Assembly (NCBI GenBank): GCA_036172245.1 | Contig: JAYWIR010000093.1 | Span: 236,483-256,482, forward strand | Direction of reading: 5' to 3' | Source of the DNA: Raillietiella orientalis | Taxonomy: Eukaryota | DNA length: 20,000 nt | Shown here: positions 12,161-20,000 of the stretch, in pieces | Layout of the letters: each line of letters opens with the position of its first letter | Numbering within the stretch: position 1 is the stretch's first letter | Translations under genes and position numbers: made by a program | Notes under the pieces: model-generated | Databases searched by the model: none | Seen by the model: the letters and a program-made list of their open reading frames with translations, nothing else | Told to the model about the DNA's origin: nothing

Positions 12161-13295
12161 TTTACCCCACCACCGCCAGTCGAAGTGAGGAAAAGATTAA
12201 CATCTCGTACTGCGTTCTTCCTCAGCCACCCTATTTCGAACGTGGCTATTGGCTACGTAGCATTACAGGTGATTCCCGTAGCAGTGAAAATCTGATTTCT
12301 GCGTTGCATCAGTGAAGAATCAGATTTTTCTACGAATTATTCTCTTAAAGTGCGAATGCATGTTAATAAAACCTCCGTGAATTCTCGCAACCTACGTGGA
12401 CGAGGCTGTTTCAACGTTAATGTGTAGTAAAATCCCTTTGCACCAAAAGCAATTTTCCGAGATAGTGCGATGAAAGAAGTCCAGTTTGCGCGACTTCTAG
12501 CTGAAAACTTCCCCTTACAATCAAAAGAAAATTATTTGGATCCATCGAAAGTTCTTCTTTTCTCTAATGATCAGTGTAATTAGTATAAGAATTAGAAAAC
12601 ACTGTTCCAAAGGTAAAAGATGATTTGTTATGACACCTTATTGGCAAACGATGTGCGCGTTCGTTCGGGAGTTTGCATGCTCCGTTAGCATTGGTTTGTC
12701 TTTTAGACAAGGAAATTCGGGCATTCCCAACCCCTTGTGGACTGATCTGGAAACTGTGGGTATTATCATTCAATCGATTTCATTACGTCTAAATCTACTA
12801 GTGCTGTTCGCATCATTGAACCATCGAGATGATGAATGCAAATAAAATCATAAAGTCCAACGAAAGTCAACTGCTATCTGATACCGTGTACATGTAAACA
12901 CTGTGTTCTATATGTACGTACTCGTAATCATGACTTTTAGTACCCATTGTTTATGCGAATGTAATGGAATAAAATTTTAGGATATGTAATTTCCGTTCAC
13001 CAGATTAATCCTAAAGCAAAATGAAAAAGCCTTTAGAGAGTAGATTGATTGCTATGCCTTAATCGTTTTCTCCTTCTAAAAAAAGCAATGAATAAAATCC
13101 GGAAAACTGAACGTGGCGAGGGAAGTTGTGGTACCTCGTCATCTGGGGTCTCAAACTCGCTCGCAATTTGAATCGGGGACTTAGCGTTGACCCGAGATTG
13201 CACGGAAGGACAGCAATGTTGAGTGACTATTAGAAGTGACAGTTTGAACTATGTGATGGTTCGTCAGCGATAATAATATGACTGGTGGGTGACAA

Positions 13296-16200
13296 ATGGA
13301 TGAGGATGACATCGTTGTTTTACAGGTTGGTAATGTGAAACAAACGCTTGGTTGAATGTTAGTCACTCTATTTGCAGATGTAATTAACATGTATGCATGC
13401 TATTGTTTCTAAGTGTTAAAAATAGTTATTGAAGCCACGCTTACGAATCGCCAAAGGTGGCCAGCGTACTCAGCGTATAAAATGTAATCGATTATTCTGA
13501 GTATATAAAGTACAAGTACATGCAGTTGTATCGTATGTAACGACCGCCCTGTTTCTTTCAGGCCTTTCAGGAATGGGAAGATAAGAGTGATGACTTTCTT
13601 CAGGGTGAATCAAACGCCAAAACTATATCTGGCGTCATTCAGAATCACAGCAGAGAGAACAGTCACATTCCAGACCCAACAGTTGACCACCTTCATGTTT
13701 TGCATAAATATTTTGGTCACAAAAGTTTCAGAGCACTTCAATGGAACGTAATTTACAATTGCATGACGGTGTGTACATGTCTATTTTTTTCCATTCTGCA
13801 TGGCCATTTCTATTTTGAAACCACTTTCGGTATTGCTGGATGTATTTCCAGAAAAAAGTAGATCAGTGTGTGATAATGTCTACAGGTTCTGGAAAAAGTC
13901 TTTGCTATCAGTTTCCTGCAGTGTACACCAACAGCTTGAGCTTGGTTGTGTCGCCACTCATTTCTTTGATGGAGGATCAAGTGTTATCTTTGAAGGTTTG
14001 TTTGTTGCGAAATTTCATGAATGCTCCATTTGCCCAGATTGCAAACATTTCAGCAACTTTTTTGGGGAGCTCACAAGAAAGTACCCGTGCAGTCACTGAA
14101 AATCTGTTCAAAGGTTTCTATCAACTACTGTATTTAACTCCTGAGTATGCCTCCACACATGGTGGGCTGCTGCAAGAATTGCACCAAAAAGTAGGCATTT
14201 GTTTAGTCTCCATAGATGAAGCTCACTGCATCAGCCATTGGGGACAAGACTTTCGAGAAGCATATAGGTGATTTCCATTCTGCGACGGTACACAATACTC
14301 GATGCTCACTAATTTAGGAAACTAGGCCATCTTAGGGAGTCTCTTCCTGATGTTCCATTTTTGGCCATAACAGCTACTGCAACTCACAAGGTGCAGGAAG
14401 ACATCTGCTGCTCTCTTCGTCTTCGGTTAGTCTAACGTAACATTTTTGTCTTTTTTTGTTTTAAAAAAAAACAAAAAAAAACCCTGCAGGAAGCCAGTTG
14501 TTGTGCGATCTGGATGTGATCGCCCTAATTTGTATTTAGAAGTGAAACCAAAAGGAGCCAGCATCCTGTCTGATCTGCAGAGTCTAATGTTCAGGAGTGG
14601 TAATACTCTTGGTTGGTCATTTGATGGTCCCACCATCATTTACTGCCCCACAAAGAAAACTGTGGATGAAGTATATTCCATTCTACTTGGTGAGAATACG
14701 GATGATGATGTTTCACAAACGTTTTCCAGGAAAACAAGTCAAGTGCGCTGCATATCACGCAGGTATGCCTTTGGAATTGCGGAGGAGAGCACACCACCAG
14801 TTTATCACGGATCAAATTTCTGTTGTTGTGGCAACTGTAGCCTTTGGAATGGGTATCGATAAGCCAGGTGAGTGTGGACCATCAGCAGATCAAAGCAGAT
14901 AGGAATAGATGTAAGATGCGTGATTCACTATGGAAGTCCTCGAGATATTGAATCCTACTATCAAGAGATTGGTCGTGCGGGTCGAGATGGCTTGCCAGCA
15001 TTCTGTCATGTCTTTTATTCACATGGAGACTTTTTTATTCATCAGCATTTTCTGGGTGAAATTCGGAATCAAATGCTGCGTGGACACCGTCAGCGAATGT
15101 TGCAATACATGAAACAGTATTTAAATACAACAGGATGTCGTTGGATCTTGCTATTAAATTACTTTGGAGAGGGAGCAGAGCAGTATGGCTACAGGTCGTC
15201 ATGCTGTGATAATTGCCACAGGTAAACAGCGTGCTTGCATCGCAGGTTCTACTCCTATAGAAGACGATCACGTGCAAAAGAACAGACCACAGAACAAAGC
15301 ATAGAAGTTGGGGAAAGTGCAGAACTCCTACTGAAGGGTGTTCAAGCTTGTCATGGAATGACAGCATTGAAGACTGTCATTTTACTGTTACGTGGGTCTA
15401 AAAGCCAAAGAATAAAGCAGTGGCAAAAGAATCTTCCCGTGTTTGGCAAAGGAAAACATCAGTCTGAAGCGTTTTGGAAGGATCTGGGTAAGCAGGAATA
15501 ACAGACTGAATGGAACACGAACTGGATTCCAGGGAACTATCTTCTGCAAGAAGGCTTTCTTCAACATGAAAACCGTAATGCAAACCAAAGCTGTTGGTTT
15601 TCCATCGCTCTTTCGCAAAAAGGCGAAGAATGGTTGCTCAAAGACAACAGGAAGCTACAGCTCGTTTCCAGTTCCATGGACCAAGAATTTCGTTCTGTGC
15701 GAAACTTGGTGCAGTTCGTTCCATTCCATCCTGAGAGTAAACCTGAAGAACTGCAAGTGCACGCATTTGCAAATGAAAATGCTACTACAATTCCGGCTGA
15801 AGAGAACACTGAAACCGATAATCTCCAGTGCTTACTTTATGAACAGCTGTTGTCTTTACGCAGCAAATTAGCTGCTGACCATGACTGTGCCCCTTACATG
15901 GTATTCACAAATAAAACACTAGCTGAGATAGCCAAACAGAAGCCAACTGATGTAGAAGAACTGCTGAGGAGTAGGTTTATGCAGAGGTGAACTTCATTTT
16001 ATTTTTAATTCCAATTCTAGTTGACGGTGTGACTACTGCTAAAGCAAAATACTTTGGTGAAGAAATTTCTCGAGCAGTGAAAGACTTCTGCAACCAACAA
16101 AAACAGTCTTCCAAGCGCGTAATGCGCGACTCTTCTCGATTTTTATGTGATCCTCCTATCCAGACAGCTGTTGACTCTGCTGAGGAGGAGCAACCAGCAT

Positions 16201-16316
16201 TCCGGATGTCTGCACCGGTACCTGCTTGCAAGCGTAAAATTCCTCAGTGGATGCAGGCTCCTCTGATTATTCCAGGCTGTGCCAAAAAATGCAAACCTGG
16301 CATTTTGAATATTTAG
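13296..16316 (+). CDS. WRN: WRN-type RecQ DNA helicase (helicase core + RQC + HRDC, no exonuclease domain), 11 coding exons, 776 aa
   Basis: Exons assembled by hand at GT-AG junctions: 13296-13325, 13562-13768, 13852-13995, 14038-14267, 14318-14425, 14490-14689, 14730-14867, 14909-15221, 15261-15487, 15533-15970, 16021-16316 (2331 nt, open frame). Motifs: motif 0 [15 protein letters not shown], Walker [79 protein letters not shown], Zn site CR...CCDNC, winged helix LRGSKS...[22 protein letters not shown]...[14 protein letters not shown]...IDGV. The FGH.SF...QW and [12 protein letters not shown] wording is closest to WRN. Exon 1 ([10 protein letters not shown]) is the least certain part. Confidence 0.93.
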
Positions 16317-16350
16317 GGAAATGCATTTCTCAATGTTAACTTAATGTGAA

Positions 16351-16356
16351 AATAAA
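16351..16356 (+). promoter_or_regulatory. Polyadenylation signal AATAAA of the WRN gene
   Basis: Canonical AATAAA starting 35 nt after the WRN TAG stop at 16316. Confidence 0.6.
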
Positions 16357-16388
16357 CTGCAATTTTCACACTGTTGAATGTGCTGAAC

Positions 16389-16905
16389 TCATTTGTATTC
16401 AGGGGTTTCTTCCAGTTCTACCTCTTTGCTACATCTTCTCTTCCAGTTCTCCTTCAACGTACGCAACTTCTGCATTTTCTGGTGGCTTCTTAATTCCCGC
16501 TGGATATCATGCCTTGCCTTCTGAGCAGAAATGCTATTCTCTTTGTGGTAATGGTTATCTAAAGCAGTTAATAGTAGCTGACGTGCAGTTACTCTGTTCC
16601 GATGCAACAAGCGATGCTCGTGACATTTCACGACTATCCCTAATAACACAATATCAACACCATTGGATATTATGCAATGAACCTGTAGGTAAATGTTTCA
16701 GACAAACACAGTTTGCCAACTTGTTGACATTCTGGCCCCCTGGCCCAGATCCACGTATAAATTGTTCTTGCAGTTCATCCTCATTCAAAGTAGGAAACGA
16801 ACATCTGTTTATGGTAAATTTACCTCTAGTTGCTTTTGGTTTAAGAACTGAAATTGATTTCCCTAGGACATCAATAGTGGCATATATGTGCTTCAAAGTA
16901 TGCAT
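16389..16905 (-). CDS. MTRFR: Mitochondrial peptidyl-tRNA hydrolase / ribosome rescue factor mtRF-R (C12orf65 ortholog), 2 exons, 157 aa
   Basis: Exon 1 is 16905-16683 (MHTLKH...[36 protein letters not shown]). A 43-nt GT-AG intron spans 16682-16640. Exon 2 is 16639-16389 ([23 protein letters not shown]...HKENS...basic helical tail, TGA). GGQ motif and flanks match the C12orf65 pattern (ELEEQFVKGHGPGGQ..NK..NCVVLKHIPSGIVVKCH). The N-terminus is basic and plausible as a mitochondrial presequence. 16905 is the only in-frame ATG upstream of GGQ in this open frame. Confidence 0.9.
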
Positions 16906-17137
16906 TGCTTGGTAAGGAGAATAGTACCTTTCTTGATAAACACTCTCAGATGCATTCACAGACAGTCTTTCTTACCTGATAAAGAAAACTAATCTTTTCC
17001 TTATCTGTAAGGTGTTTATTTTGCTTGAACTCTTTCTTTACTCTTTTGGTGAAGTATTCTGGATCGGAATACTTTAGAGATTTTCCATATCTCAGGAGGG
17101 ACTTATAAAGCTGCAAAACACAACTTCGGCTGACCAT
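16893..17137 (-). CDS. MIURF: LYR-motif microprotein, ortholog-like to L0R8F8 / AltMiD51 (MIEF1 uORF product), 2 exons, 66 aa
   Basis: Exon 1 is 17137-16976 ([54 protein letters not shown]), with a strong donor CAG|GTAAGA. A 44-nt intron spans 16975-16932. Exon 2 is 16931-16893 ([16 protein letters not shown]). By recall it aligns without gaps to human L0R8F8 ([43 protein letters not shown]...QLEKGLVFL). The L.Y[ST]D segment and the terminal KG point to this LYRM subfamily. Confidence 0.85.
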
Positions 17138-18399
17138 AGATTCCACCTCGATTTCGTCCGTGTAAATTGAAACAGGATCATGAGCATGCACTTGCAATGG
17201 TCGATTCAGTGTTACCAGTCCCGTATAATTCTAACACGTTTCGGATGTAAAGAAACCAACTCCACGCGACTTGGATGTAAATTTTACGCAAATTTAGAAG
17301 GAAATAGAAGTCAATTTCTCTTGAAAACTACTGAGCACTTGTTTCACGAGCATTATATGAGATATATGCATTTTCATATTAATTAACGAAATTGATCTAA
17401 AAATGGAGCGTTTGAAAGAATTTTCGAGAAAGCATACCTCGGGAGGCTAAACCGAATAGTATTAATAGCACACGAGACACGAAGTTAAATATTTGATCGT
17501 TCAGTCTGAGCCTGTTGAAGAAAAACTACCAAGCGGTCGATAGAAAACACGAAAGCAACAATTTAAGATTTACAGAAGAATACTCATTAAAAACAAGCAT
17601 TGCATCTGTAGGAACAAGCAGGATGCGGAATTTCATTTTTCCGAAACATGTCTTCAAAGCTAATTTGAAAGATAATTATGAGCGCATCTTCTTCCAACTG
17701 CACTTGAATAACGTGAACATCACAAGCATCGCAAGAAGATGACCGCCCCAGAATGAAGAAATGAAACAAAAAGGAAAATCACTTGAGCGCATTCAAGTCA
17801 ACTTTGTAACGTTATGCAGGAAGAAGCCATGTTAAAGTAGAGAGAACATTCAAGTATGCAACTAAGAGGTGCTAAAAGTGGCCCTCTTGACAGTTAGAAT
17901 ATTCACGGAGCAACGTGCTTACGACTGTATTGCATTCATGTATAAAAACAACAAATCATTAAGCAAAAAAAAACAACAGCCATCGAAAAAAGCACTCGAT
18001 ATCCGGACGGAATTTCCTAAAGTAGACATCGATGAGCCTTTTATGGTTCGAAGCATGCTGACCTCTGTCACCGGAGTGTAGGCTGTGCTCTTCAAGAGTT
18101 CATGATAAAGGTGGAGGTTCCTCTATTAAGCAGTTATGACTGTTTTTCGCCCAGCGTTGTCATATTTACACTCGAAAGCCACTTTAGTTGATTTTGCAGA
18201 AGTTGTTGCTGTTGTTTGTAAACTTTACGTATTTGGACGAATGTAAAGTGTTCCCGCAGATATTTTTTTCGGTTTCACTTCAAGCAATAGCCATACTGAA
18301 TGACATGCGCCCACAAATCGGGTCCGTAAGTGTTTCTTACAAGGTAAAAAGTTGGTTATGTTTGGAGTGCTTTCAGTCGGAGGGAATCCGCTGCGAAAG

Positions 18400-19246
18400 A
18401 CGCTGCGCGGTGCCCGGTAGAGCGGCGGACGCTTACCTCATGCTTTGCATTTCCCCGACCTACGTGCCCATGCGTAACAACCGCTCGCTCGTTCTGGCGA
18501 CGAGGTCTCACTGGAAGAATCTACAGGTATGCAATTTCCTGGAGACCGCGTTCAACGTATTCCAAACGGGGGAGCACACCGTAACCCAGGACTGCGAATG
18601 GTTTCGTACAAGATGAATTCGTTTCCGGGCTGGGCTCACGTGTATGCGGAAAAAGAAAAATTGGAAGCCAGTCTTTCCGCAGCTGCAGACGGAAAGAAGG
18701 AGTTGTAGAAACAAGTTGGTACAACACGCCTTGGTATGGCTGAGAGCGAAGCTCCGAGACGAACTATACTCTAGGTCCGATCAAGACCTTGCATCAGTCC
18801 CTACAGTTTCCCGATGGGTTCAGGAGTCTTAGAAACCCCCAATGTCCCCCAATATTCTGCTGTCTTTTAAGATACTTAAAAAGATTGAGGGATTCCTTGT
18901 TCACAGACATCCCTGTTCACGGCATTTCAGCTGGAATCGAAATCTCCACCTGCCAGTTTGCGCTGACAGGCGCTCTAAAAGAATGCAAAGAACGTGCTCC
19001 CTGCGTTGCTCCTGCCTGCTAAGTACTGGCACTCGCCATGGAAACTTCTTCCCCACTGAGACGAAAGAGTCTCTGCTCGTCGCAACGGGCCACCCTCACA
19101 AGAGATGGCCTTCTTCATCTCGTAGGTGCGTCCGCATTCTTGCGTCAAACCTTGTGCTCACCCGAAGAGTGCCACCAATGATGAACTGGGACAATCGGAA
19201 CGGAATCCCCAATCCGTTCGGGTTCCTCTGCATCCCGCGCCGATGA
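18400..19246 (+). mobile_element. Decayed 3' half of an L1/Tx1-like element
   Basis: SGG...FPDLR (~18421-18465), LRNPQCPP (~18828-18850, paralleling NPKCHP and HPKWPP in other copies), TCQF...ECKE...C knuckle remnant (~18948-19010), WDNRN (19188-19202, cf. C-terminal W..RN). Confidence 0.5.
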
Positions 19247-19249
19247 GCG

Positions 19250-19650
19250 TGCAAAAATGGGAGATTTCAATCGCCATCGGCATTCACGCCTCCTCCTCCA
19301 CAGCCACCTCACGTCCAGGGAGTGAATCCTCCCCTCCGTGCCTCCGGAATCTGCTAGGAGACATGAGGAAACGAATGCCGAATTCTGGCACTGCCAGGGA
19401 GACCACGGACTCTTCCCGATCCGAGTGCCAAGCACTCAAAGAACTTTGGACGGATCACCACATGCGCTCGAAACAGAGCGCAGGGTCACCTACCGCGGAC
19501 TACGACCTCGAAGAGAAGAAAGTGGGAAAGCCCCACCACACGCTGAAGGCGCGAAGACTGCGGCGCGCTTCAAGCCAAGAGCACGCAATATCGCCCCGAG
19601 GAACGACAGCTGCAGGCATGAGGCGGCGCAGCCTTCCAACACGGCGAGCG
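19250..19650 (+). mobile_element. Short CCHC-region fragment of a further L1/Tx1-like element
   Basis: PPCLRNLL (~19333) followed by HCQ/ETTDSSRSECQALKELW (~19389-19449, cf. C...ET.xH.f.eC..l..lW). Confidence 0.4.
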
Positions 19651-19882
19651 TGACCACCATGCAGGCACCCCGTACCTAAGACGAGAAGCGAAGGGGCGCC
19701 GCCAATCACGCTGGGGTCAAGAGGCGGCTCCACAGCGAGACGGTCGTCTCGCCCTCGCCCTCTCGCACCGACGGCCACTCACCGGGCGAGACAATTATCC
19801 GAGGGCGGGACAATGGCGGACGACGGCAAGCCAGGGAGCACCGTACGCGCCTGAGCAGATGCAGAAATTGCGTATGGGGGAG

Positions 19883-19999
19883 GCGTTCGGTCGGAGAGCT
19901 GCGCTCCGACGACGGTGGCAGACGACGCCGGGTCACGCTGGACGGCGTCCGTTCCCATCAGGCAGGCAGGGAAGGCAAACACTCGAGCACGGCCCTGGA
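19883..19999 (-). repeat. Dispersed repeat, copy 2, inverted and lacking the 195-nt middle of copy 1
   Basis: Two near-perfect blocks matching 7223-7277 and 6971-7027 are joined by the 5 nt CTGGA (19938-19942). The match may continue beyond the window edge. Confidence 0.95.
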
Positions 20000-20000
20000 C

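Noticed and set aside
12560..13290. Short ORFs upstream of WRN as extra exons or genes
   Set aside because: No recognisable protein similarity and no splice-consistent frame.
16654..16905. ICT1/mL62 or bacterial ArfB/RF identity for the GGQ protein
   Set aside because: It lacks the ICT1 KV..KA..RF insertion pattern. [17 protein letters not shown] and the ENS-plus-basic tail match C12orf65, and the gene has a spliceosomal intron.
16346..16915. 189-aa plus-strand ORF
   Set aside because: Antisense shadow of MTRFR, with a non-ATG start and no recognisable motif.
16389..17137. Single LYR-GGQ fusion protein by alternative splicing or frameshifting
   Set aside because: From the phase-0 donor at 16975, the acceptors at 16932, 16928 and 16848 do not enter the MTRFR frame. 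The only nearby in-frame option needs a 31-nt intron with a GAG acceptor, shorter than any other intron here. There is no canonical slippery heptamer, and exon 2 KGTILL matches the expected L0R8F8 C-terminus.
17300..18390. Short ORFs in the AT-rich DNA upstream of the bicistron
   Set aside because: No motifs and no consistent exon chain; treated as intergenic.
1..20000. tRNA, rRNA, snRNA/SL RNA, CRISPR arrays, prokaryotic operons
   Set aside because: No such sequence or regularly spaced repeat was recognised by eye, and the DNA is clearly eukaryotic. An Infernal or tRNAscan-SE run would be needed to exclude divergent ncRNAs.

Overview
Eukaryotic genomic DNA. The compact 39-83 nt GT-AG introns and TTTCAG/TTCCAG acceptors suggest a nematode, possibly clade I such as Trichuris (inference only). 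An AT-rich gene island (~12100-18400) lies between very GC/CpG-rich blocks (1-~12070 and ~18400-20000). The island holds an 11-exon WRN-type RecQ helicase (+, 776 aa, no exonuclease domain, Ku-binding-motif-like C-tail). Convergent with it on the minus strand are two mitoribosome genes: a 66-aa LYR microprotein resembling L0R8F8/AltMiD51, whose last 13 nt overlap the start codon of an MTRFR/C12orf65 (GGQ) ortholog. This apparent overlapping bicistron of two mitochondrial large-subunit factors is the top finding. The GC-rich blocks contain about seven heavily decayed L1/Tx1-like non-LTR retrotransposon fragments, all on the + strand. They also carry a dispersed CTTCCCG + X-box-like motif and a near-identical inverted duplication (6971-7277 vs 19883-19999). 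Most long ORFs in the GC-rich blocks are spurious. All homology calls come from motif recognition by eye, not from database searches.
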